A stretch of DNA of 64,000 nucleotides from Bacillota bacterium (lineage in GTDB: Bacteria > Bacillota > Clostridia > Acetivibrionales > DTU013). The notes beneath the pieces were generated by a model that saw only the letters and a program-made list of their open reading frames with translations, did no database searches and was not told where the DNA came from. Shown piece by piece: positions 27,311-35,633 of this stretch (position 1 is the stretch's first letter; every line of letters starts with the position of its first letter). A program made the translations under genes and the position numbers. The stretch is taken from contig JAEZMD010000018.1 in assembly GCA_023435745.1 (NCBI GenBank), positions 472,265 through 536,264 on the forward strand. Direction: 5' to 3'.

Positions 27311-28751
27311 AATGATTTTCAGAAGCCTTGGGAAAGTGCTTTTCATTGAAGCTGCCTGTATGGTGCCTTCTCTGATAGTATCGTTGATTTATCGTCAGAA
27401 CGATACTCGGGCGTTTTTGATTTCCATAATTATGGTGCTTATCGTTGGATTTGTGCTGCAGAGAATCAAACCTGTATCAACGGATATGTATGCCAGAGAC
27501 GGCTTTGCGATCGTATCGCTGGCCTGGATCATGGTGGCTCTCTTCGGGGCGGTGCCTTTTGTCATCAGCGGAGCCATACCTTCTTATGTAGATGCTTTTT
27601 TTGAGTCTGTGTCCGGATTCACAACGACTGGTTCATCAATCCTGCAGGAAGTGGAAAGCCTGCCAAGGGGCATTTTATTTTGGAGAAGCTTTACCCACTG
27701 GGTCGGCGGCATGGGCGTATTGGTCCTGATGCTGGCTGTTTTGCCATCCGTGAAGGCGAGCTCGCTTTCTATCATGCAGGCGGAGAGCCCGGGTCCAAAT
27801 CCGGGAAAGGTCGTTCCAAAACTGGGCCAGTCTGCAAAATACCTATATATCATTTATATTGTGATGACTGTCATTCTGGTGATTTTACTACTGATTGCGA
27901 GAATGCCGCTGTTTGACTCTCTTTGCCATGCATTCGGAACGGCGGGCACAGGTGGATTTTCCATTAAGAGCACCAGCATTGGCGCATACAACAATGTCTA
28001 TATCGAAGTGATTATAACGGTATTCATGTTCTTATTCGGCGTGAATTTTTCTCTGTATTATCAAGTCGTCAGAGGCAATATAAAGTCATTCTTCAAAGAC
28101 GCGGAGCTTCGTTTGTACCTTGGAATCGTATTAGTCTGTATGCTGCTTATCACGCTTGATCTGAACGGAAAAGTTTTCGGGTCTGTCTGGGAATCGCTTA
28201 GACACGCTTCATTCCAGGTGAGCACAATAATAACCACAACAGGCTATGCAACGACGAATTTTGATCTTTGGACGTCCTTCAGCAAATCCATACTGGTTAT
28301 GCTTATGTTTATCGGAGCTTGCGCCGGATCGACGGGCGGCGGCATTAAAAATATCAGGATCGTTATATTGATGAAAACCGTCCGCCGGGAGATTTCGAAA
28401 ATTATTCACCCCAGGTCGGTGTACACCATCAAGGTGGATGGAAAAACGGTAGATAACGATACCTTGTCCGGCGTGATGACATTTTTCTTTGCCTTTATTA
28501 CAATATTTACATTATCGGTTTTGGTGGTCTCTCTGGATGGAAAGGATATGATCACCAACTTTACGGCTGTGGCCACTTCCATTGGAAATGTCGGCCCCGG
28601 GTTGGGTATTGTCGGCCCGATGGGCAATTTTTCAAGTTATTCAGAGCTCAGCAAGTTGGTTTTCTCGTTCTGCATGATCGTTGGCAGGCTGGAAATTTTC
28701 CCTGTGCTTTTGCTTATGACGCCGACATTCTGGAAACGTGTCAACATATGA
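27300..28751 (+). CDS. trkH: Trk/Ktr potassium uptake membrane subunit TrkH
   Basis: Polytopic protein with the repeated pore-loop signature (SGFTTTGSS, GTAGTGGFS, TTTGYAT, CAGSTGGGIK). It overlaps the trkA stop by 11 nt. Confidence 0.92.
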   Translation: MNFRMIFRSLGKVLFIEAACMVPSLIVSLIYRQNDTRAFLISIIMVLIVGFVLQRIKPVSTDMYARDGFAIVSLAWIMVALFGAVPFVISGAIPSYVDAFFESVSGFTTTGSSILQEVESLPRGILFWRSFTHWVGGMGVLVLMLAVLPSVKASSLSIMQAESPGPNPGKVVPKLGQSAKYLYIIYIVMTVILVILLLIARMPLFDSLCHAFGTAGTGGFSIKSTSIGAYNNVYIEVIITVFMFLFGVNFSLYYQVVRGNIKSFFKDAELRLYLGIVLVCMLLITLDLNGKVFGSVWESLRHASFQVSTIITTTGYATTNFDLWTSFSKSILVMLMFIGACAGSTGGGIKNIRIVILMKTVRREISKIIHPRSVYTIKVDGKTVDNDTLSGVMTFFFAFITIFTLSVLVVSLDGKDMITNFTAVATSIGNVGPGLGIVGPMGNFSSYSELSKLVFSFCMIVGRLEIFPVLLLMTPTFWKRVNI

Positions 28752-28764
28752 TCGGATGGAAAAA

Positions 28765-28793
28765 TTGACCTATCCAATTTGCGTGAATATAAT
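28765..28793 (+). promoter_or_regulatory. near-consensus sigma-A promoter with no downstream CDS
   Basis: TTGACC (28765-28770), 17-nt spacer, TATAAT (28788-28793), starting 14 nt after the trkH stop. The next genes are on the opposite strand. Confidence 0.6.
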
Positions 28794-28799
28794 AAGCAA

Positions 28800-28967
28800 G
28801 TTGGGACAAAATAATAAGCATAGGGACACAACAGTTGAACCAAGGCTTTCATATCTAATCAGATATGTATTTGTTGCCTGAGGATCGTAATAAGCTCTGG
28901 TGGCGAATTACGATCCGACGGAAGACTTTGCCTCAGGGAATCATACTGTTGTGTTCCTTGTTTTTTG
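28800..28967 (+). ncRNA. candidate orphan small RNA (~165 nt): promoter, multi-helix structure, U-tract
   Basis: Closing helix gggacacaacagt (28823-35) / actgttgtgttcc (28945-57), 13 bp. Inner hairpin catatct-aatc-agatatg (28850-67). Inner extended hairpin cctgag+gatcgtaat (28877-91) / attacgatc (28907-15) + ctcagg (28932-37). Then ttgttttttg (28958-67). No ORF with an RBS. Confidence 0.4.
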
Positions 28968-29003
28968 TAGACAGTACAGAAGCTTCAAATCAGGCCACAT
29001 ACT

Positions 29004-29567
29004 TCAGATCAGACCATAAACAATAACACCTGCTGTACCTGCAATAAGCATGGTGTAAATTGGGTTTAGTTTAAATTTTCTTAATATGAACAGGCTCACC
29101 GCAAATAAAAGAACTGCTATCCAGTTTAAATCTGACGGTTTTAGCGGCAATGCAGCTTTGTTGAAAAAGGCGGTCATCAGAATGGATAGACCCGCAGAGG
29201 CTATCAATGCAACCACGGCAGGTCGCAGTCCCTTTATGATCCCCTGAACCATGCTCAGTCCTTTGTACTTATAGTAAAGTGTGGCAAGGATCAGCACAAT
29301 GATGCAGGATGGAGTGATACAGCCTACTGTGGCAATAATCGCACCGGGTATTCCTGCAAGCTTGGTACCAACAAAGGTCGATGCGTTGATGGCGATCGGC
29401 CCGGGCGTCATCTGAGATATAGTCAGAACGTCAACAAATTCTGCCGACGTCAGCCAGGGGTGTATTTCAAGGACTTGCTCCTGGATCAGCGGAAGAGCAG
29501 CATATCCGCCGCCGAAGCTGAACAGGCCTACCAGAAAAAAGCTCCAGAAGAGCTGCAGATAGATCAT
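29004..29567 (-). CDS. chromate transporter (CHR) family protein, short-chain half 2
   Basis: MIYLQLFWSFFLVGLFSFGGGYAALPLI... is typical of CHR proteins. The ATG overlaps the upstream stop (ATGA). The track ORF extends to 29636. Confidence 0.85.
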   Translation of the reverse strand: MIYLQLFWSFFLVGLFSFGGGYAALPLIQEQVLEIHPWLTSAEFVDVLTISQMTPGPIAINASTFVGTKLAGIPGAIIATVGCITPSCIIVLILATLYYKYKGLSMVQGIIKGLRPAVVALIASAGLSILMTAFFNKAALPLKPSDLNWIAVLLFAVSLFILRKFKLNPIYTMLIAGTAGVIVYGLI

Positions 29568-30172
29568 TTTTGCTCCTCCTTCTCTCCGGCCGTCCGGCTC
29601 GTACGGTATGTGGTATAAGCGCCAAGTACTCCGCAAACAAGCAGAATAATAACGATGTTGACATTCAGGATTGCGGCAGCTATAAATGCCAGTACCATGA
29701 CCGCAATGGGAAGCACATGTTTGTTTTTAATAATCTTTGAGGCCATATTGATGACCACATCGACGATGACCGCCGCAACACCTGCCTGCATGCCTTTAAG
29801 AAGAGCCTGAATGATTTTGTTGTCTCGAAAGGCGATGTAAAAAAATGAAATGACCGTAATGGTAATCAGTGGTGGCAGCACTGTTCCGAATACAGTGAGA
29901 AAAGCGCCCGGTATTCCTGCCATCCGATATCCGACCAGAATGGAGGTGTTTATCGCGATGGGACCGGGTGCAGACTGACCGATGGCCACCAGATCCAGCA
30001 TTTCATCTTCTTCAATCCACTTAAGCTCACTGACAAAGCGTTTTTGCATCAGCGGTACAATCACGTATCCGCCGCCAAATGTAAAAGCGCTCAGCGTAAA
30101 TGTAGAAAAAAACAAATTCCAATAAAATCGTTTGTCCTTCTTCACAAAATCTTCCCCGTTTCGACGTAACAT
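29564..30172 (-). CDS. chromate transporter (CHR) family protein, short-chain half 1
   Basis: FTLSAFTFGGGYVIVPLM...IGQSAPGPIAINTS. Paired short CHR genes as in B. subtilis ywrAB-type loci. Confidence 0.85.
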   Translation of the reverse strand: MLRRNGEDFVKKDKRFYWNLFFSTFTLSAFTFGGGYVIVPLMQKRFVSELKWIEEDEMLDLVAIGQSAPGPIAINTSILVGYRMAGIPGAFLTVFGTVLPPLITITVISFFYIAFRDNKIIQALLKGMQAGVAAVIVDVVINMASKIIKNKHVLPIAVMVLAFIAAAILNVNIVIILLVCGVLGAYTTYRTSRTAGEKEEQK

Positions 30173-30214
30173 GATGTGACTGCAATTATTTCAGATACCG
30201 GCAGTGCCGGTACC

Positions 30215-30403
30215 TTACTCTACCTTGATAACCGATGTTGGACAGCCATCCTCGGCTTCCCTGGCCAGATCCTCCGATTCTTCGGGGATTTCATCCACAT
30301 AGACCTCTGCAAGTCCGTCATCAGCCATCCTGAACACCTCAGGGCAGGTAGTGGCACACAACTCGCAAGCAATACAGCCGTCTCTGTCAATAGATGCTTT
30401 CAT
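30215..30403 (-). CDS. small single-cluster ferredoxin
   Basis: 62 aa, C-I-A-C-E-L-C...C-P pattern (CIACELCATTCP ... DGCP) and acidic composition. Confidence 0.85.
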   Translation of the reverse strand: MKASIDRDGCIACELCATTCPEVFRMADDGLAEVYVDEIPEESEDLAREAEDGCPTSVIKVE

Positions 30404-30481
30404 AGTTCAGATCTCCTTAAATAAATTTACTGTACCTTTATTATATCAAATTGGCAATGGATGATACACTCATTCTGTGAT

Positions 30482-30510
30482 TTGACTTTCAGTACAGCAG
30501 GCAATATAAT
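30482..30510 (+). promoter_or_regulatory. near-consensus sigma-A promoter of the DUF4846 gene
   Basis: TTGACT (30482-87), 17-nt spacer, TATAAT (30505-10). Confidence 0.6.
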
Positions 30511-30573
30511 ATTTCCAACAGTTCAAACCTTTGAAACAGCTTTCTAATGACGAAGGGAAAAGGAAAAGCTTTT

Positions 30574-31650
30574 ATGACAAAGAACCGAAGCATATGGATT
30601 CTTGTATTGGCCGTATTGGCTGCTGCGCTTTTTTTGTATGGTGATCAGATCGCGCAGAATCTAAGGTCTATATTGCCGGATACCTTGCAAAAGGCCGGAC
30701 CGGGAAATGTGACAGAAGATACGGCAGCGGATAATGCCGCAGATAATATTACGGGCAGGAGTATAAATACGGCTCCGGAGCATAATGACGGACTTGACGA
30801 CGGAAACGTCGATGAGCTTAACGAGGATTCAGGCAAGGGTCGGATCGCAGACGACGCTGCAGATGTCATCGAGGTCAACGGGGAGGCAGAGACTTCATTG
30901 ATCAATGAGAAGGGTGCGACCGTCCGTGAGAGGATTTTAGTGCCTGATGGCTTTGAAAGAGTTGCCACGGCAGAGGGTTCCTTTGGAGAATATCTTAAAA
31001 ACCTGCCGTTAAAGCCCCATGGTTCGCAGGTTACCTATTACAATGGAGAAATAAAGCCGTTCGATGTTCATGCTGCGGTACTCGACATCGATGTCGGAAG
31101 CCGGGACCTCCAGCAATGCGCTGATTCCGTCATCCGACTCAGGGCTGAATACCTGTATGGGCAGGGACTGTTTAACAGGATCCATTTTAACTTCACGAAT
31201 GGCTTTCGTGCGGATTATGCGAAATGGTCACAGGGATACAGGATCAAGGTCGCCGGCAACAAAGCCCAATGGGTGGAACAGGGAAGCAGCGGCACCGATT
31301 ACGCCGGATTCAGGAAGTACCTTGATATGGTATTTTCCTATGCGGGTACATTGTCGCTTTCAAAGGAAATGAAAAATATCAAGGTTGAAGAAATGCAGCC
31401 GGGTGATGTATTTTTAAAGGGAGCTTCACCGGGACATTGCGTTATTGTTCTGGATGCGGCAAAAAACGAAAAAACCGGTGAGATGAGGTTTATAATAGCC
31501 CAGGGGTACATGCCCGCTCAGGAAATGCATATTTTAAAAAATCCGATCAATGCACAGGGGGATCCATGGTACAGCACGGATTTCGGAGAGCAGCTCGTCA
31601 CGCCCGAATGGACGTTCACAAGAGATCAGCTTTTCAGGTTCGTGGAGTAA
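30574..31650 (+). CDS. secreted/anchored DUF4846-like protein
   Basis: N-terminal TM/signal sequence (IWILVLAVLAAALFLY), an acidic linker, then a domain with ...CADSVIRLRAEYLY...GDVFLKGASPGHCVIVLD..., which I associate with DUF4846. Start ATG 30574 (purine-rich GGAAAAGGAAAAG upstream) or ATG 30547. Confidence 0.6.
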   Translation: MTKNRSIWILVLAVLAAALFLYGDQIAQNLRSILPDTLQKAGPGNVTEDTAADNAADNITGRSINTAPEHNDGLDDGNVDELNEDSGKGRIADDAADVIEVNGEAETSLINEKGATVRERILVPDGFERVATAEGSFGEYLKNLPLKPHGSQVTYYNGEIKPFDVHAAVLDIDVGSRDLQQCADSVIRLRAEYLYGQGLFNRIHFNFTNGFRADYAKWSQGYRIKVAGNKAQWVEQGSSGTDYAGFRKYLDMVFSYAGTLSLSKEMKNIKVEEMQPGDVFLKGASPGHCVIVLDAAKNEKTGEMRFIIAQGYMPAQEMHILKNPINAQGDPWYSTDFGEQLVTPEWTFTRDQLFRFVE

Positions 31651-31665
31651 ATAGCGGCATGTTCT

Positions 31666-31751
31666 GGATTCAGGTTTGTAGTGGAGTGGATTCGGGTTTG
31701 TAGTGAAGAGGATTCGGGTTTGTAGTGAAGAGGATTCGGGTTTGGTTTGGG
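31666..31751. repeat. 22-nt tandem repeat, about 3.9 copies, between the DUF4846 gene and xth
   Basis: ggattcaggtttgtagtggagt | ggattcgggtttgtagtgaaga | ggattcgggtttgtagtgaaga | ggattcgggtttggtttggg. The unit resembles the CDS end ttcaggttcgtggagtaa (31634-50). Confidence 0.9.
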
Positions 31752-31823
31752 AAAACTGATTCAGTGGTATGAAATTATCAGGTGGCAGGAGCAGGCGGTC
31801 TGTTTGTATAGGGGGGCATAGCA

Positions 31824-32588
31824 GTGACAAAATTGATTTCGTGGAATGTCAATGGATTGAGAGCATGCTTAGGAAAGGGATTTCTTGAGTGGTTCAAGGC
31901 AGAGGATGCCGATATCGTCTGCCTTCAGGAGATAAAGCTGTCGGAAGGGCAGCTGCAGCTGGAACTGGAGGGGTATGATCAATTTTGGAATTATGCGAAG
32001 AGAAAGGGATATTCCGGAACTGCTGTTTTCACCAGAAACAGGCCCATTAGCGCAACCTGCGGCATTGGTATCGAGGAATATGACAATGAAGGAAGGGTTA
32101 TTACTCTTGAGTTTGACGAATACTTTCTCGTTACCGTATACACGCCCAATTCACAGCGCGATCTGGTTCGGCTGCCTTACAGGATGATGTGGGAAGACGC
32201 TTTCCGCGGCTATTTGAAAAAGCTGGATGAAATTAAACCTGTTATTATCTGCGGGGATCTGAATGTTGCCCATCAGGAAATTGATTTAAAGAATCCCGCC
32301 TCCAACAGAAAAAACGCCGGATTTTCCGACGAGGAGCGCGCCAAGTTTACTGAACTAATGGAAGCAGGCTTCATTGATACCTTCCGTTATTTTTATCCTG
32401 ACAGGGAAAATGCATACACCTGGTGGTCCTATATGTTCAACGCCCGTGAGAAAAACGTCGGTTGGCGCATTGACTATTTTTGTGTGTCTGCCCGCCTGAA
32501 GGATCGACTGCTGTGTGCTAATATACAGGATAAGGTATATGGCTCTGACCATTGCCCAGTAGAGCTCAGGCTTGCTAAAATGCCGTAA
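31824..32588 (+). CDS. xth: exodeoxyribonuclease III (AP endonuclease)
   Basis: SWNVNGLRA, CLQEIK, TPNSQ, GDLNVAH, WWSY, GSDHCPV. GTG start. Confidence 0.92.
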   Translation: MTKLISWNVNGLRACLGKGFLEWFKAEDADIVCLQEIKLSEGQLQLELEGYDQFWNYAKRKGYSGTAVFTRNRPISATCGIGIEEYDNEGRVITLEFDEYFLVTVYTPNSQRDLVRLPYRMMWEDAFRGYLKKLDEIKPVIICGDLNVAHQEIDLKNPASNRKNAGFSDEERAKFTELMEAGFIDTFRYFYPDRENAYTWWSYMFNAREKNVGWRIDYFCVSARLKDRLLCANIQDKVYGSDHCPVELRLAKMP

Positions 32589-32605
32589 TACGGCGTTAGA
32601 GAGGA

Positions 32606-33044
32606 CTGCAAAATCGGTTACATGTCACACATATGCGCCCTCATCGACAGCTTTCTTCGCCTTGTCTTACAGCATTTTATCTATGCCTTCCGATCCCTCT
32701 GCGCTTTCTAAAAACCGACAATACCGCGTTATAATATTTAATCTTTCCTGCTGTCGATTTTGACCGCTTAAAAATCGGCGTAAAGGCATCACTCAAGCGA
32801 CGTAACGTCTGTTAGGGCGCAAAGGAAAAGCTTCTATATATCAGAGCGGTGAAAACTTCGCAGCGCACTACTCAAAATATCAAGTATAGGACGCAACCTT
32901 TAGTATTTTAATAATTTTTGCATTAAAAGTAGTAGAAAACAAGAGTTTATTGGCCAAAATTGCATCAGATTTGTCCTCTATTCGAAATTTTGTGCACCCC
33001 TCTCGTCAATACCACGTTGCGAAGGTCTGCAAAATCGGTTACAT
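32606..33044. repeat. pair of perfect 18-nt direct repeats bracketing ~400 bp of non-coding DNA
   Basis: ctgcaaaatcggttacat occurs at 32606-32623 and at 33027-33044. Degenerate copies of the core aaaatcgg(t/c)(t/g)ta lie near 32769 and 33098. No convincing ORF lies between them. Confidence 0.85.
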
Positions 33045-33111
33045 ATAAAAATATGTATTCTCATTTAAGGCCTGCACGTCAGTACCGCGTCGGATAAGGT
33101 TGTCAATTCGG

Positions 33112-35529
33112 TTATCCCCAAAAGTCCTGCAGCACTTCAGAGAGCAGACAGCCCTCGGAGGCCCTGGCGATCGGATTCCATTCGGGTGGGAGCAGGTCTT
33201 CGTAGACGTGGTAGGAGAAGCGTTCATCCAGCAGCACCACCACGCCCATGTCCTCCTCTGTGCGGATGACGCGGCCTGCGGCCTGCAACACCCGGTTTAT
33301 GCCGGGATAGGTATAAGCATATTCGAATCCGGCGCCTGTCTGATCGTCAAAGTGCTTTCGAATAATGTTTCGTTCATTACAAAGCTGAGGAAGGCCTACG
33401 CCAACGATGATTGCACCTGAGAGTCTGTCGCCGGTCAGGTCGATGCCCTCGCCGAAAACTCCGCCCATGACCGCAAATCCGACCAGACTCGTTTCTCCGA
33501 AGCTGTCGAACTCATTCAGAAATTCCTGCCTGGCGGCCTCCGACATGCCGGGGATCTGATAGATCGTTCTAATATCGGTATTGACTCCCATAAAGCGATA
33601 ATAGACTTCATTGAGGTATTCGAAGGACGGGAAGAAAACCATATAATTGCCGGTCCTGGCCGACGCGGTTTCCAGTATTGCCCCGGCAATTCTGTCATAC
33701 GAGGAAGACCTTGTTTTGTATTTTGTTGAGATTGTATCATCCACATAAACACAAAGATTCTCCTTCGGGAACGGGGATGGGATGGTCAGGACCTCCGCAT
33801 CGCTTCCACCGCCCAGCATAGCTGTATAATAGCGGATCGGGGAGAGGGTAGCGGAAAACAGCACCGAAGAGCGTCCCTTATCCATTGCTTCCCGAAGCAG
33901 ACTGGAGGGATCCACGCAGAACAGCTTGATCTTAAAATCTCCTGAGGTCTTATCATAACAGGTCACATATTTTTCATCATAAAACTCTGCTATCTTCACA
34001 AAATGCAAGCCTTCATAGTATATATCCAAAAGCTCATCCATGAATGAGATCGGAGAATTTTCCGACAATCTGTGAGACAGATCCTCAGTAAATCGGTTCA
34101 GGTACTCTACCAGCTCATCCGGACGGGATCTGCGCACCTTGTAAAAGATTTTTGCATCGCTGTCCTCAGTGGCCAGCTCTTTGGCTGTCTTTTGAAAACA
34201 CTTGTATATTTGGTCCGCAAGCATGGAAATCTCCGGGAGTTCAACCTTCGCGAGCCGCTTCAGTTCAAAAAAGGCCCGCCTGGACAGCTCCGAAGAATAC
34301 ATTTCTCTTGCCCGGTCAACCAGATTGTGTGCTTCATCAATCAGGAAGCAGTAGCTGCCTCGGCGGTTGAAAAACCGTTTCAGATAGACTCTGGGATCAA
34401 AAAGGTAGTTATAGTCGCAAATTATCACATCACACCAGAGAGAAAGGTCCAGTGTCAGTTCAAAAGGGCAGACCGTATGCTTACGAGCATATTTTTCGAT
34501 AGTTGGCTTGTCAAGGACATCTTCGGTTAAAGCATCCGCGACCGCCTTTTTTATTTTCCCGAAATAATTCTTCGCATATTCGCAGCTGTCCGGATTGCAG
34601 CTGTGCCCCGTGTCGAAGCAGATTTTTTCCTTCGCCGATATGGTGAGCGACTTCATACTTAGCCCATTCTCCCGCATATCGGAAACTGCCTTTTCAGCCA
34701 ATGAACGGGTGGTGGTTTTCGCAGTCAGATAAAACACCTTTGAAACGAGGCCATCCCCGACTGCTCTGACTGCGGGATACAGGGATGCGATGGTCTTGCC
34801 GGTACCGGTCGGAGCTTGTGCGAAAAGTATTTCACCATTTTCAACCGCGTCGTATACGCTGTCGATCATTTCACGCTGTCCCTGTCTGTAGCCGGAGTAT
34901 GGAAATCCAAGTTCCAGGATGGAGCTGTCGCGGGTAGAATACCAGCTGTGGATCATCTCCTGCCAGGATAAAAACTCCTGTGCCAACGGCATGAAGAATT
35001 CTTCCAGAGCGTCTTCGCTGTAAATATCGACGAAGGATTTTTCACGTTTCTCATGCAGTTGATAATAGGTGAGCCGGATTGCAATGTAATCCAGGCCGTA
35101 AAGCGATGCGAACATGCAGCCGTAGCATTTGGCCTGTGCCCAATGAAGGGGGTTATGGTCGTGTTCGATACGGTCCAGCGAAAGTGTGGTCGTTTTGATC
35201 TCATGTATCGCAATGCCGGACGCATCCCTCAACACACCGTCTATGCGGCCGATGATCTCCAGATCGACGTTTTTGCCTTCCAAACGGTAACTGATCGGAA
35301 CCTCGGCTTCGTAGATGTCTCCTTCCGTCAGTGTATCCTGCAGAAGCTTCCTTACTGCGGCATGGCCTCTGGTGCCCTCGACCGCTCTTGCGGAGGAAAA
35401 GAGTCCGGCTGACAGATCGCCTGATTGCATGGTATAGTCAAGTAGATTCTGGATGGATACGGTAACAGTTTTTTTGCTTCCGGCTGCTTCATCCCCCGGA
35501 TGAATGCCTTTTGACGGTTCATTCTTCAA
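33112..35529 (-). CDS. DinG/Rad3(XPD)-family Fe-S DNA helicase with an N-terminal PD-(D/E)XK (Cas4/AddB-like) nuclease domain
   Basis: Nuclease motifs (...GRIDGV...IHEIKT...). Helicase motifs: Walker A AQAPTGTGKT, DEAH (LIDEAHNL), four Cys between them (CFDTGHSCNPDSCEY...CPFE), and a C-terminal QAAGRVIR. I place the start at TTG 35529 after GGAAGGAAG; the longer track ORF would run into the engB promoter. Confidence 0.85.
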   Translation of the reverse strand: MKNEPSKGIHPGDEAAGSKKTVTVSIQNLLDYTMQSGDLSAGLFSSARAVEGTRGHAAVRKLLQDTLTEGDIYEAEVPISYRLEGKNVDLEIIGRIDGVLRDASGIAIHEIKTTTLSLDRIEHDHNPLHWAQAKCYGCMFASLYGLDYIAIRLTYYQLHEKREKSFVDIYSEDALEEFFMPLAQEFLSWQEMIHSWYSTRDSSILELGFPYSGYRQGQREMIDSVYDAVENGEILFAQAPTGTGKTIASLYPAVRAVGDGLVSKVFYLTAKTTTRSLAEKAVSDMRENGLSMKSLTISAKEKICFDTGHSCNPDSCEYAKNYFGKIKKAVADALTEDVLDKPTIEKYARKHTVCPFELTLDLSLWCDVIICDYNYLFDPRVYLKRFFNRRGSYCFLIDEAHNLVDRAREMYSSELSRRAFFELKRLAKVELPEISMLADQIYKCFQKTAKELATEDSDAKIFYKVRRSRPDELVEYLNRFTEDLSHRLSENSPISFMDELLDIYYEGLHFVKIAEFYDEKYVTCYDKTSGDFKIKLFCVDPSSLLREAMDKGRSSVLFSATLSPIRYYTAMLGGGSDAEVLTIPSPFPKENLCVYVDDTISTKYKTRSSSYDRIAGAILETASARTGNYMVFFPSFEYLNEVYYRFMGVNTDIRTIYQIPGMSEAARQEFLNEFDSFGETSLVGFAVMGGVFGEGIDLTGDRLSGAIIVGVGLPQLCNERNIIRKHFDDQTGAGFEYAYTYPGINRVLQAAGRVIRTEEDMGVVVLLDERFSYHVYEDLLPPEWNPIARASEGCLLSEVLQDFWG

Positions 35530-35633
35530 TTGCAGCTTCCTTCCCGTGCATGTTTGCAAATTCGTTTTTTTTAGTATAATAGAATAATATAATACTTGTC
35601 GGGGAATGAAAAGAGAAACAAGGAGAATGAATT

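Noticed and set aside
28637-28852. 71-aa minus-strand ORF overlapping the trkH 3' end and the sRNA candidate
   Set aside because: No RBS, it overlaps a strong gene, and the region is better explained by a promoter plus a structured RNA.
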